This document shows, piece after piece, positions 28,474 through 38,358 of a DNA stretch of 64,000 nucleotides (position 1 is its first letter; each line of letters starts with the position of its first letter). A program made the translations under genes and the position numbers. A model generated the notes under the pieces. That model saw nothing but the letters and a program-made list of their open reading frames with translations. It ran no database searches and had not been told where the DNA came from. This DNA is from Actinomycetota bacterium (GTDB taxonomy: Bacteria; Actinomycetota; Acidimicrobiia; Spongiisociales; ZC4RG35), in the NCBI GenBank assembly GCA_052390035.1, contig JBQTHI010000109.1, positions 1,401-65,400 of the forward strand, in the 5' to 3' direction.

Positions 28474-29753
28474 CGGCGTGAGACGCTAATGGTTTCTTGC
28501 TCCAGCCCAGGCGCCGAGGCGATGTCGCGCCGAAGCTGTTTTCCAGCGAAGGTGATCCGGTCGGCCAGCGAATATGCTCGCGACCGAGCCTGAGCCAGGT
28601 CTGGCCCGAGACCGACTGCCGACAGCACTCGACCCCCGCCGGTGAAAAGTTGTCCGCCCTGGTTCGAGGTTGCAGCGTGGAAGACCAACTCGCCCTCGCC
28701 CATTTCGGGGATGCTGATCGTCTCACCGACAAGAGGGCGGTCGGGATATCCAGCCGAGGCCAGCACCACGCTCACCACCGCCTCCTCGGACCATTCGATG
28801 GTTTGCCGAGCGAGGGTGCCTTCGAGTCCGGCCTCGATCAGATCGACCAGATCGGTCTCGAGCCGGGGGAGCACAGCTTGGGTTTCGGGATCACCGAGAC
28901 GGCAGTTGAACTCCAACACCCGTGGTCCGGCTTCGGTTAATACCAACCCGACATACAAGAAACCCGTGTAAGGGAAGCCATCACCGGACAGAGTGGTGAG
29001 GACCGGTCGCATCACCTTCTCGACCGTGTGACCGACCAGCCCGGCCGGCAAGTCGCTAAGTGGCGAGAAGGCGCCCATCCCACCGGTGTTGGGCCCGGCG
29101 TCGCCATCGAGTAGCCGCTTGTAGTCCCGCGCCGGCTCGAGCGGAAGCACATCGGATCCCGCGCAAAGGGCAAACAGGCTCACCTCCGGTCCGTCGAGGA
29201 AGTCCTCGATGATCACGACCTTTTCACCGAACCAGCCGCTCAGGCAACGGTGCACCCACTCCTCGGCGGCGGCTCGGTGATCGGTGACCAGCACCCCCTT
29301 TCCCGCCGCCAGACCATCGGCCTTGACAACGAAGGGACCGGTTCGCCCGTCCAGGTAGGAGATCGCTCTACCTTCGTCGGTGAAAGTGCCCCAATCGGCG
29401 GTGGCTACCCCGGCTCGGTCCATCACGTGTTTGGCAAACGACTTGGACCATTCGAGACGGGCAGCGGCCCGGCTCGGGCCCCACACCGGGATCCGCCCGC
29501 TCCGTAGATGGTCGACCACACCGGCGGCCAACGGCGCCTCGGGCCCGACCACCACCAGATCTACCCCCCACGCCCTGGCGCTGGCGGCGACCCGATCGCC
29601 ATCGGAGGCGTCAACCCCACCGATGGTGGGACCTAACGACGCCAGGCCGGGGTTGCCGGGGAGCGAGACCAGTTGATCCACCCGGGAGCTCTTGGCGAGC
29701 CTCCAGCCGAGCGCATGTTCTCTCGCCCCCGAACCCAGGAGAAGGATCTTCAC
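28470..29753 (-). CDS. purD: Phosphoribosylamine--glycine ligase
   Basis: MKILLLGSGAREHALGWRL N-terminus with an ATP-grasp fold. Confidence 0.9.
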   Translation of the reverse strand: MKILLLGSGAREHALGWRLAKSSRVDQLVSLPGNPGLASLGPTIGGVDASDGDRVAASARAWGVDLVVVGPEAPLAAGVVDHLRSGRIPVWGPSRAAARLEWSKSFAKHVMDRAGVATADWGTFTDEGRAISYLDGRTGPFVVKADGLAAGKGVLVTDHRAAAEEWVHRCLSGWFGEKVVIIEDFLDGPEVSLFALCAGSDVLPLEPARDYKRLLDGDAGPNTGGMGAFSPLSDLPAGLVGHTVEKVMRPVLTTLSGDGFPYTGFLYVGLVLTEAGPRVLEFNCRLGDPETQAVLPRLETDLVDLIEAGLEGTLARQTIEWSEEAVVSVVLASAGYPDRPLVGETISIPEMGEGELVFHAATSNQGGQLFTGGGRVLSAVGLGPDLAQARSRAYSLADRITFAGKQLRRDIASAPGLEQETISVSRR

Positions 29754-31021
29754 CTTTCGACGAGCTGATTCCGCTCAGGACCTACGGACACCCACCCGAT
29801 GGGAACTCCGGCCTCCGCTTCGATGAACTCTAGGAAAGCTTGAACAGCGGCGGGCAGTTCTCGGTACTGCCTCGTTTTGGAGAGTGGAGTCTCCCACCCT
29901 GCAAATTCGGCATAGACCGGCGTGCAGTGATAGAGCACCCGATGCTGCCGGGGAAACTCGGTGAATGTCTCGCCAGCGGCCTGGTAGGCCATGGCCACCT
30001 TGATCTCCGAAAAGTGCGAGAGGATGTCGAGTTTGGTGATGAATAGCCGGGTGATGCCGTTGACCCTCACCGCATATCGAAGAGCCACCAGGTCGAGCCA
30101 CCCGCAGCGGCGCCGCCTTCCGGTCACGGTGCCGAATTCACCACCCAACTCGGTAAGTCGATTGCCAGTGTCATCGGTGAGTTCAGTCGGGAAGGGTCCG
30201 GTTCCCACCCGGGATATGTAGGCCTTGGCCACGCCGACCACCGAGGAAACCTCTGTCGGCCCGATCCCGGCTCCGATCAGCGCCCCGCCCGCGGTCGGGT
30301 TGGAGGAGGTAACGAAGGGGTAGGTGCCGTGGTCGACGTCGAGCAGGGTTCCTTGTGCACCCTCCAGTAAGACCTGTTTTCCCGACCGCAGCCCCTCCCA
30401 GAGGAGAAGCGACGTGTCGGCGACATGAGGGAGGAGTCGCTCGCCGTAACCGAGGTATTCGTCGGCAATCTCGCTCGCCTTCATCGGCAGCTGGTTGTAG
30501 ACCCGGGCAAGCAGGCGATTCTTCTCCTCGAGCGCCGCCTCAACTTTCCTGCGGAAGATCCCCGGGTCGTAGAGGTCCTGGACCCGTATTCCAGATCTGG
30601 CGAACTTGTCGGTGAAGGCCGGGCCGATACCCCGCTTGGTGGTTCCGATCTGATTGCGGCCTAAGTACCGCTCCATCACCGCATCGAGCTTGCGGTGATA
30701 GGGCATGATCAGGTGGGCGTTGGCCGAGATCCGCAACAGGGACGGGTCGACGTTGCGTTCGGCCAGCATGTCCATCTCGGCCAACAGAACCTTGGGATCG
30801 ATGACACACCCCGAGCCGATCACGGGGATGCACCCGGGGTAAAGCACGCCGGAGGGAATCAGGGAGAGGGCAAGCGTTTGCTCGCCGACGACGATGGTGT
30901 GCCCGGCGTTATTGCCCCCCTGATAGCGCACTACGAAGTCGGAGGACTTCGCAAAGAAATCGGTCACCCGACCTTTGCCCTCGTCACCCCATTGGGCGCC
31001 AAGAACGATGGTGGCCGGCAT
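29750..31021 (-). CDS. purA: Adenylosuccinate synthetase
   Basis: QWGDEGKGRVTD P-loop and GGNNAGHT motif. Confidence 0.95.
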   Translation of the reverse strand: MPATIVLGAQWGDEGKGRVTDFFAKSSDFVVRYQGGNNAGHTIVVGEQTLALSLIPSGVLYPGCIPVIGSGCVIDPKVLLAEMDMLAERNVDPSLLRISANAHLIMPYHRKLDAVMERYLGRNQIGTTKRGIGPAFTDKFARSGIRVQDLYDPGIFRRKVEAALEEKNRLLARVYNQLPMKASEIADEYLGYGERLLPHVADTSLLLWEGLRSGKQVLLEGAQGTLLDVDHGTYPFVTSSNPTAGGALIGAGIGPTEVSSVVGVAKAYISRVGTGPFPTELTDDTGNRLTELGGEFGTVTGRRRRCGWLDLVALRYAVRVNGITRLFITKLDILSHFSEIKVAMAYQAAGETFTEFPRQHRVLYHCTPVYAEFAGWETPLSKTRQYRELPAAVQAFLEFIEAEAGVPIGWVSVGPERNQLVER

Positions 31022-31080
31022 TGGGGGGGACGGTAGTGGGGAGGCACCACCGAACCGATCGCCGTATCCTCGCTGGCTTC

Positions 31081-31887
31081 ATGCCCAACCTCCCCACCGG
31101 TACGGTCACTTTCGTCTTCAGCGACATCGAGGGAAGCACGACTCTTCTCAAACAGCTCGGAGACCAGGCCTACTCCGCACTCCTGGCGACCCATCGCCGC
31201 CTGGTGAGGGAGATCTTCGGAAGACACCGGGGCCAGGAGATCGACACCCAGGGCGACGCCTTTTTCTACTCATTTCCCCGGGCGCGGGATGCCGTGGCGG
31301 CTGCCGTCGAGGTCCAGCGGGCCCACGCCGGCCAGGCCTGGCCCGAGGGGGTGGCAGTGCGGATGCGGCTCGGACTGCACACGGGCGAGCCTTCGGTGGG
31401 TGATGAGGGATATACCGGGCTGGATGTAGTCCGGGCATCACGGATCGCAGCAGTGGGCCGAGGTGGCCAGGTGCTTCTCTCCGAAACGACCAAGGCCATC
31501 GTTGCCGGGGATCTCCCGGCAGGGGTCCGTCTCAACGCCCTCGGTGACCAGCGCCTCCGCGACATCGACCGGCCCGAGCCGCTGCACGAACTCCAGATCG
31601 AAGAGGTCCCGGTCACATCTGGCGGCCGGCCGGCCAGATCGCCGGATTGGGCCGGCGAACTCGCCTCGTTCGGAATGCGAGCACGAGAGATGATCGAGGG
31701 CCGGGTGCTCGCCGAGCTGGCCGACTCTTTCGGGGCGGCGGATCGGAAGCCCCCCCGAAAGAAGCCTTCCAAGTCGGGATCGGTCACCGACCAGATTCGA
31801 GACCTTCAGGCGCTGCATGAAAGTGGTGCTCTCACCGACCAGCAATACGAGAGGGCGGTCAACCGGGTGATCGACGAGGACGGGTAG
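31081..31887 (+). CDS. Class III adenylate/guanylate cyclase with C-terminal SHOCT-like domain
   Basis: TVTFVFSDIEGST...TQGDAFF CHD signature. The C-terminus LQALHESGALTDQQYERAVNRVI resembles a SHOCT motif. Start taken at MPNLPTG; the TTG at 31021 in the track is less likely. Confidence 0.75.
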   Translation: MPNLPTGTVTFVFSDIEGSTTLLKQLGDQAYSALLATHRRLVREIFGRHRGQEIDTQGDAFFYSFPRARDAVAAAVEVQRAHAGQAWPEGVAVRMRLGLHTGEPSVGDEGYTGLDVVRASRIAAVGRGGQVLLSETTKAIVAGDLPAGVRLNALGDQRLRDIDRPEPLHELQIEEVPVTSGGRPARSPDWAGELASFGMRAREMIEGRVLAELADSFGAADRKPPRKKPSKSGSVTDQIRDLQALHESGALTDQQYERAVNRVIDEDG

Positions 31888-31897
31888 CCATCGCCCC

Positions 31898-31924
31898 GTA
31901 ACAGTCCGTTAACAGTCGTGCAAC
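31898..31924 (+). promoter_or_regulatory. GlnR-box-like repeats upstream of glnA
   Basis: GTAAC-agtccg-TTAAC-agtcgtg-CAAC. Half-sites of GTnAC/GnAAC type with n6 spacing, also readable as AACAGTCnGT direct repeats. Lies about 65-90 nt upstream of the glnA ATG. Confidence 0.4.
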
Positions 31925-31986
31925 GGGGGAGAAACGGCGTTTCGATACAAACCCAACGTTCCAGGCGAATGACAAGGAGCTAACCA

Positions 31987-33411
31987 ATGGCCAAGACGGC
32001 GGCGGATGTCCTGAGGATGGTTGGTGAGGAGGCATACGAGTTCGTTGACCTCCGGTTCTGCGACCTCCCCGGGCAGGTGCAACATTTCACGATCCCCTCC
32101 AAGCAGTTGACCGAAGAGGGTTTCGAAGAGGGCTACGGCTTCGACGGCTCGTCGATACGCGGCTTCCAGGCCATCCAGGAGTCGGACATGCTGCTCATCC
32201 CCGACCCCTCCTCCGCCGTCGACGACCCGTTCCGTTCCCGCAAGACCTTGCTGCTCTATTGCTTCGTCCACGACCCCCTCACCGGGGAGCCCTACGACCG
32301 CGATCCTCGTTACGTCGCCAAGAAGGCCGAGATCTATTTGAAGAGCACCGGGATCGCAGACACCAGCTACTGGGGTCCCGAGGCGGAGTTCTACATCTTC
32401 GATTCGGCTCGGTTCGCCCAGAACCAGTTCTCGGCGTATTACTTCGTCGACTCCGAAGAGGGGGCGTGGAACTCGGGCCGGGACGAGGCGGGCGGCAACC
32501 TCGCCTATAAGCCTCGTTACAAGGAAGGATATTTTCCGGTCCCGCCTACGGACCACTTCCAGGATCTGCGTTCCGAGATGACCGCGGCTTTGGAGACGGC
32601 CGGCATCGAAATCGAAGTCCAGCACCACGAAGTAGGGACGGCCGGCCAGGCCGAGATCGACATGCGTTTCGACACCCTCCTGCGCATGGCCGACAAGGTG
32701 ACCCTCTACAAGTACATTGTCAAGAACGTCGCCTGGGCACATGGCAAGACCGTGACCTTCATGCCAAAGCCGATCTTCGAGGACAACGGCTCAGGCATGC
32801 ACACCCACCAGTCGCTGTGGAACAACGACAGGCCGCTCTTCTACGACGAGGCCGGCTATGCCGGGCTGTCCGACCTAGCCCGGTGGTACATCGGGGGCCT
32901 GCTGAAACATGCCGCCGCCATCCTGGCCTTTGCCGCCCCCACCACCAACTCCTACCGGCGCCTGGTGCCCGGCTATGAAGCACCGGTCAACTTGGTCTAT
33001 TCATCCCGTAATCGGTCGGCGGCCATCCGGATCCCTCAGTACAGCCAGAAGCCGGCGGCCAAGCGGTTGGAATTCCGGTGTCCGGACCCGTCCTGCAACC
33101 CCTACCTGGCCTTCTCGGCGATGCTGCTCGCCGGCCTCGACGGTATCCAAAACCGGATCGAGCCGATGGCCCCGGTCGACAAGGACATCTATGACCTGCC
33201 GCCGGAGGAGCTGAAGGGCCTCCCTTCCGTCCCGGGAAGCCTCGACGAAGCCCTCGCTGCCCTCGAAGCCGACAACGAGTTCCTGCTGGCCGGCGGAGTG
33301 TTCAGCCGGGGCCTGATCGAAACCTGGATCGACTACAAGAGAGCCCGCGAGGTGGATGCGATCCGGTTGCGGCCCCACCCTTACGAGTTCTACCTCTTCT
33401 ACGACGTCTGA
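31987..33411 (+). CDS. glnA: Glutamine synthetase type I
   Basis: 474 aa. Canonical GSI N-terminus ([19 protein letters not shown]) and catalytic regions. AAGGAG RBS at 31974-31979. Confidence 0.95.
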   Translation: MAKTAADVLRMVGEEAYEFVDLRFCDLPGQVQHFTIPSKQLTEEGFEEGYGFDGSSIRGFQAIQESDMLLIPDPSSAVDDPFRSRKTLLLYCFVHDPLTGEPYDRDPRYVAKKAEIYLKSTGIADTSYWGPEAEFYIFDSARFAQNQFSAYYFVDSEEGAWNSGRDEAGGNLAYKPRYKEGYFPVPPTDHFQDLRSEMTAALETAGIEIEVQHHEVGTAGQAEIDMRFDTLLRMADKVTLYKYIVKNVAWAHGKTVTFMPKPIFEDNGSGMHTHQSLWNNDRPLFYDEAGYAGLSDLARWYIGGLLKHAAAILAFAAPTTNSYRRLVPGYEAPVNLVYSSRNRSAAIRIPQYSQKPAAKRLEFRCPDPSCNPYLAFSAMLLAGLDGIQNRIEPMAPVDKDIYDLPPEELKGLPSVPGSLDEALAALEADNEFLLAGGVFSRGLIETWIDYKRAREVDAIRLRPHPYEFYLFYDV

Positions 33412-33420
33412 GGTCGCAGC

Positions 33421-34638
33421 TCAGAAGATCTCCGGACACCAGGGTGGGGGATCCCAGCCGAACATGCTGTCCGCCAGGGTGAGGGTGTGGTGGTCGGCAG
33501 CCAACCGCCCGGCTCGAGCCATGCCGCGGAATCGGGCCCAGCCGAGATAACAGGCGCCCAGGTCTTCGAGGTCGAGGACCAGATCGGGCTCCTGGTCGGT
33601 CACCCGACACAGGGCCCCTTCCGGACCGCCCTCCAGGTGGACGCGTATGGGTCTTTGCCGGCGCGGGTCGTGGGCCTCAATAACCAGAGCACCCGTCGTT
33701 TGATACCGGCGGGCGGCGAGGGCAGCCACCGGATCAACCAGCCCCACCCAGATCGATTCACTGCGGTGTTGCTTGACCCGACGGGGGTCGGCCAGCATGT
33801 CGAGGACCGGATCGGCGGTCGAGCGAAGGTCGGCCTTCACCGTCGCGATCAGATCCTGATTGAGCACGAAGCTCCACAGGCCAGCCCAGGACTCGGGGTT
33901 TAGCCCGACCAGGTGGAGGACGATCAATTCGCCGATGGCATTGCCGTCCTCCCAGCGCGCCTTTTGCCGGTATATGACGTACCCGTCGCCCTCGCTGGTG
34001 ACGGCATATCTGGTGGCGCTCGCCCCACCCCGATCCTCGGGAGGGTCGGCAAACCAGCGCGATTCCCACCAACCCTCCGTACGGGAATAAAAGCCGGGCC
34101 ACACCTTGCGGGCCAGGTCGTGGATGTCGGGGAGGACTTTTCTTGCCTCATCGGGGCCGATCAGCCGGACTCGGGCGGGCGTCGGCGCCAGACGATGGAA
34201 CGACGTCCGAGTCCGCGGTATCGCCATCTCCACCTGATCGGCGGCAGCGCCGTAGCCAAAACGTCCATAGATGGAGGATTCCGAGGCCCACAACGCCGCT
34301 ACCGGCTCCCCTCGGTTGGCGACGTCGTCAAGATGGGCACCGATCATGCGGTTGAGCAGCCCCTGACGGCGGTGAGTGGGCAGCACCGCCACCATGGTGG
34401 TTCCTCCCGCCGCCACGTTGCCGCCCGGGACGGTTAGATCAAGCGAAAAGGCGCCGGAGGTTCCGACCATCTCACCGTCGTCGAAAGCGCAGAAAGATCG
34501 CTCTGGCTCCCAAATGCGGCGAAATCGCTCCAATCCGTCGGGACTTGGGTCACGACCGAAGGCGGCTCCCATGACCCGGCGCATCGCTTCCGCATCGGTC
34601 GGAAGGGCGGCCCGAATCTGGATGGCCATCAGCCGCAA
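33421..34638 (-). CDS. Eis-like GNAT N-acetyltransferase (GNAT + sterol-carrier-like C-terminal domain)
   Basis: 405 aa. GNAT motif HRRQGLLNRMI plus a long C-terminal domain, as in enhanced-intracellular-survival-type acetyltransferases. Confidence 0.7.
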   Translation of the reverse strand: MRLMAIQIRAALPTDAEAMRRVMGAAFGRDPSPDGLERFRRIWEPERSFCAFDDGEMVGTSGAFSLDLTVPGGNVAAGGTTMVAVLPTHRRQGLLNRMIGAHLDDVANRGEPVAALWASESSIYGRFGYGAAADQVEMAIPRTRTSFHRLAPTPARVRLIGPDEARKVLPDIHDLARKVWPGFYSRTEGWWESRWFADPPEDRGGASATRYAVTSEGDGYVIYRQKARWEDGNAIGELIVLHLVGLNPESWAGLWSFVLNQDLIATVKADLRSTADPVLDMLADPRRVKQHRSESIWVGLVDPVAALAARRYQTTGALVIEAHDPRRQRPIRVHLEGGPEGALCRVTDQEPDLVLDLEDLGACYLGWARFRGMARAGRLAADHHTLTLADSMFGWDPPPWCPEIF

Positions 34639-34645
34639 CTCCCGG

Positions 34646-35353
34646 TCAAGCGACGGCGGCGATCGAATCGGCCACCGCCGCCACCGCCTGGTCGAAGGCG
34701 GTTATGGCTGCCCGGCGGGCCTCACCGGTGTCGGGGGAAGGCGCCCGCAGCCCGGCGAGGGCCGAGTTGGCAGCATCGGCGGCCTGCTGCATGGCCGCCA
34801 CCACCGCGGCGTGGGCGTCGGTGAGGGGTGGAGGCGGAACCAGCGCCGCCACCTCCCCGACGAGCCCCGAAACGCCCTCCGCCACTTGGATGAAGACCTC
34901 CTCGGCTTGATCGAAACTGACCGTCCGAGGACTGGCATCCCACCCGCTGTTGGCCCCGGCTAGCTGGGTGTGAAAATCGGTCAGCCGGGTCTGGAACTCC
35001 GCCAGTTGATCGAGGTAGGCCTGGGTGGTCTGATCGATGGCGACGGTGCTAGTCGTCTGGGTCGTGGTGGTTTGGGTGGGGAGGGTGGTGGACGTCCCGT
35101 CGCCGGGAAACGAGGTCGCGGTAGCGGCAGAGGGCAGCTCACGGACAAACAGGTAGGTGAAGGCGACCATGGCCAGCACGACCAGGGGAAGGATCCAGCG
35201 GCCGGGTCGGGGGTCGTAACTGGAGGTCATCTTGAGGTGGGGAAGGGTAGCGGCGGCAGGTCTCTTGAAACCGGACCCGGCGAGCCGTACTTTCGACGGA
35301 TGACACCACCCGGTCCCGACGATGAGCGATTCGAACACATTCCCTGGGAGCAC
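34646..35353 (-). CDS. Hypothetical membrane-anchored protein with Thr-rich linker
   Basis: Likely start at internal MTSSYDPRPGRW (about 35230), followed by one TM helix, a T-rich linker, and an Ala-rich helical ectodomain. No family recognised. Confidence 0.4.
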   Translation of the reverse strand: MLPGNVFESLIVGTGWCHPSKVRLAGSGFKRPAAATLPHLKMTSSYDPRPGRWILPLVVLAMVAFTYLFVRELPSAATATSFPGDGTSTTLPTQTTTTQTTSTVAIDQTTQAYLDQLAEFQTRLTDFHTQLAGANSGWDASPRTVSFDQAEEVFIQVAEGVSGLVGEVAALVPPPPLTDAHAAVVAAMQQAADAANSALAGLRAPSPDTGEARRAAITAFDQAVAAVADSIAAVA

Positions 35354-36169
35354 CTGAGGCCTGCTTCGAACGACCGTCGCTGGTCGGTTTACGCGGTGGC
35401 GGGTGCGATCGTGGTGGGGGCATTGGCGTTTTCTTTTGCCCGGGACGGTGGTCAGGAGGGGATGGCGATTCCGGCGACCGGGGCTTCGGCGACGACGTTG
35501 GCGGTTGGCGGCGACGAAGCGGCGACCACACCGACGGCGTCGGTGACCACCACTTCGATCGGAGCCGCGGTCAGCGAAGCCGATCTCATGGCGGTTCCTC
35601 CCGACCGGCTGGCGGCCGAAGCGGCGGCCTGGGCCGAGTGGGTCACCCGTATCTACCTAACGATCGATGGGAGCGAAATCACCGCCGGTACGCTCGAGGA
35701 GGTTCTCCCCCCGGGACTACCACTGCCCGCCCCCTCGGATGGCCAGCGGCTGTTCGTAGAGTGGGTCCGCACCGTCGAGGTGGCGGAAAGCGGGATCGCC
35801 GAGTTCAGGGCGGTGGTCGCCGCCAGAACGTTGGGGGCCATCGGCGAGCAGTCGTACGAGCGATTGCCCGACCGGGCGTTGGAATGGAGACTGCACTGGA
35901 CGCCGGATGGATGGTCGGTCGTCGACCTGCCTAATCCGGTTGAATTTCCCCGACTGGTGCCACCCGGCGACTTGACGGCCGGTGAATTGACCGAGGCGGA
36001 GCTGCCGCACCCGGTGATCCAGGCAGCCAGCGAGCTCGGCGAAGTGAGAGAAGGGTGGTCGGAGGGGGAGTTGTTTCGAGTCGTGGTCGAACTGGTAGAT
36101 CCTTTTGGTGGGCGCTGGCCTGCGGTCTTGTGGTACGACTCCGACGGCCAACGGGTCGACCGACCCTAG
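35299..36169 (+). CDS. Hypothetical single-pass membrane protein
   Basis: Start taken at MTPPGPDDERFEHIPWEH. Has a TM segment AVAGAIVVGALAFSF. The longer track ORF (from 34970) is GC-noise-like upstream. No family recognised. Confidence 0.4.
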
Positions 36170-36417
36170 CCGTAGTGATCTTCGAGGATTGCCACTGCCT
36201 CCGAGACGATCTCGCCCCACTCAGCATCCTGCGTTTTGGACACCGTCACGAAATTGGCGGTTAAAAAGACGCTGGTGACGCCGGGCAGATCAAGAAGTTG
36301 TTGGGCCATGGGGCTTTCCGCCGGTTTCCCGGCCATGTATGTCATTGGACCTCCGACCGGCTGGCCCACGACGAACTTCACGGCGTTGGGATTGGGAGTC
36401 GACTCGACAGAGATCAC
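36166..36417 (-). CDS. Nfu/NifU N-terminal-domain-like small protein
   Basis: ISVESTPNPNAVKFVV....VFLTANFVTVSK matches the Nfu_N scaffold-domain pattern. A GTG start at 36417 gives 83 aa. The 148-aa track ORF would overlap hyuA. Start uncertain. Confidence 0.45.
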   Translation of the reverse strand: MISVESTPNPNAVKFVVGQPVGGPMTYMAGKPAESPMAQQLLDLPGVTSVFLTANFVTVSKTQDAEWGEIVSEAVAILEDHYG

Positions 36418-36447
36418 GAACGTTTTATACCAGCAAGAGAGTGCTTG

Positions 36448-38358
36448 ATGAGGGTAGGGGTTGACGTGGGCGGCACCTTCACAGACCTGGTCGGTTGGGA
36501 CGGGGCGAGACTGGCCACTGCCAAGGTGCCAACCACCTTGGATCAAGGAGAAGGGATCGGACTGGGGTTGGGCTCCCTTTCCGGAGGTGCCGCCGTTCAG
36601 CTCCTTTTGCACGGGACCACCGTCGCCACCAACGCCCTGTTGGAGCGAAAAGGGGCGAAGACGGCCTTGATCACCGATGCCGGTTTCGAGGACCTGGTCG
36701 AAATCGCTCGCCAGGACCGCCCTTCTCTCTACGACCCTTTTGCCGATCGTCCCGCAGCATTGGTCGAGCGCGAGGATCGATGGGGTGTGGATGACGAGCT
36801 GGAATTGCTCCTCTCCGAAAGAGGTCCGGAGGCGGTCGCCGTGGCTCTGCTCAACTCGTACCGCGACGGCGCCGCCGAACTCGCCATCGGCGAACGGGTG
36901 CGCACCATCCTCCCTCGTGTCTCATTGAGCCTTTCCCACCTGGTGAGCGGAGAGTTCCGGGAATACGAGAGGACCGCCACCACCGTCCTCAACGCTTATC
37001 TCCAGCCACCGGTAGCCCGCTACCTCGACGCCCTCGAAGGGCGGACGGCAGGAGTGGTAGAGCGACTACTGGTCATGCAGTCGAATGGGGGCCTCACCTC
37101 GACCCGGGGAGCTTCCGACCTGGCCGCCTCCATCCTCTTGTCGGGACCGGCGGGCGGGGTCATGGCAGCCGCCGCCTGTGGTGCGGCCCATGGCTGGGAG
37201 CAGTTGATCTCTCTTGACATGGGAGGCACCAGCACCGACGTGGGCCGCATCGAGGCGGGCCGTCCGGCGATGGGATCGGAACGTTCGGTAGGGGGAATGA
37301 CCTGTCGGATGCCGAGCATCGCCATCCATACCATCGGGGCTGGCGGAGGGTCGGTGGCCTGGGCCGACTCCGGGGGAAGTCTGCGGGTCGGTCCACAAAG
37401 CGCCGGTGCCCATCCGGGTCCGGCCAGCTACGGGCAGGGCGGCAGCCGGCCGACGGTGACCGACGCCAACCTCGTCGCCGGCCGCCTCGGGGTGGAGCGG
37501 CCCCTGGCCGGAGGGATCCGGCTCGATGTTTCCCGCGGGCGAGAGGCGATAGCCCGCCTCGGTGACGAGCTGGGCATGGACGTGGGCCGTACCGCCATGG
37601 GCATTCTGGAGGTGGCGAACGCCCTGATGGAACGAGCCGTTCGCAAGGTCTCCATCGAACAAGGGGCAGATCCTCGACGGTCGCCGCTCTTGGCATTCGG
37701 CGGCGCCGGGGCCCTCCACGCCACCTCCCTTGCCCGCCGGCTGGACATGCCGGCGGTGCTGATCCCGCCACACTGCGGAGTTTTCTCCGCCCTCGGCCTG
37801 TTGTTGAGTCCGACCAGGACCGATGTCAGCCGTACCGTATTCACGGAGGAGGGCGATCCGCTGATCGCTCGCATCGCCTTGGTGTTGGACGAAGCATCGA
37901 AAGCCTTCAGGCAGGCTGTTGGCGAAAATCCCGAACGTACCGAGTGCCGCCTCGACATGCGGTACCGCGGCCAGTCGCACGAAACGACGGTCGAGTTCCG
38001 GGAAGGCGATGGCTGGCCGTCGTTGATAGAGCGTTTTCACCAAGCCCACCTGCAGGCCAACGGGTTTTCCCGACCGGGTGAGGTCACGGAGATAGTAACG
38101 ATTCGGGCGGCCGCTCTCAGGCCGCCGGTGGTGTCGTGGAGCTCGATACCTTGGCGATTCGAGGAGTCATCCGCTGAGATCGGCGAGCGTGGCTTGGTCG
38201 ACGGCGATCGGGTCCGGCGATGGTGGAGACCCGCCCTCCGCCCCGCAGACGAGGTAATCGGTCCGGCTGTAATCGAAGAAGAAGAAGCCGCCACCTTGGT
38301 TGGCACCGGTGAGAGGGCCCAGGTCTTGGAGGACGGTTCGATCGAGGTGACCTGGTGA
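36448..38358 (+). CDS. hyuA: Hydantoinase/oxoprolinase family subunit A
   Basis: MRVGVDVGGTFTDLV conserved N-terminus. The 50-aa upstream extension in the track is discarded. Confidence 0.85.
   Translation: MRVGVDVGGTFTDLVGWDGARLATAKVPTTLDQGEGIGLGLGSLSGGAAVQLLLHGTTVATNALLERKGAKTALITDAGFEDLVEIARQDRPSLYDPFADRPAALVEREDRWGVDDELELLLSERGPEAVAVALLNSYRDGAAELAIGERVRTILPRVSLSLSHLVSGEFREYERTATTVLNAYLQPPVARYLDALEGRTAGVVERLLVMQSNGGLTSTRGASDLAASILLSGPAGGVMAAAACGAAHGWEQLISLDMGGTSTDVGRIEAGRPAMGSERSVGGMTCRMPSIAIHTIGAGGGSVAWADSGGSLRVGPQSAGAHPGPASYGQGGSRPTVTDANLVAGRLGVERPLAGGIRLDVSRGREAIARLGDELGMDVGRTAMGILEVANALMERAVRKVSIEQGADPRRSPLLAFGGAGALHATSLARRLDMPAVLIPPHCGVFSALGLLLSPTRTDVSRTVFTEEGDPLIARIALVLDEASKAFRQAVGENPERTECRLDMRYRGQSHETTVEFREGDGWPSLIERFHQAHLQANGFSRPGEVTEIVTIRAAALRPPVVSWSSIPWRFEESSAEIGERGLVDGDRVRRWWRPALRPADEVIGPAVIEEEEAATLVGTGERAQVLEDGSIEVTW

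Noticed and set aside
33405-33425. Short hairpin CTGAG-gtcgcag-CTCAG between convergent glnA and the Eis-like gene
   Set aside because: Only a 5-bp stem within a 9-bp gap and no U-tract. Not convincing as a terminator.
37066-38049. 327-aa and 203-aa antisense ORFs inside hyuA. Similar antisense ORFs occur inside hyuB (38544-39275, 38941-39759), glcF (42843-43805), purB (25826-26734) and purL (11837-12889)
   Set aside because: No recognisable domains and a biased R/P/G composition. Each is fully embedded antisense to a well-supported enzyme gene.
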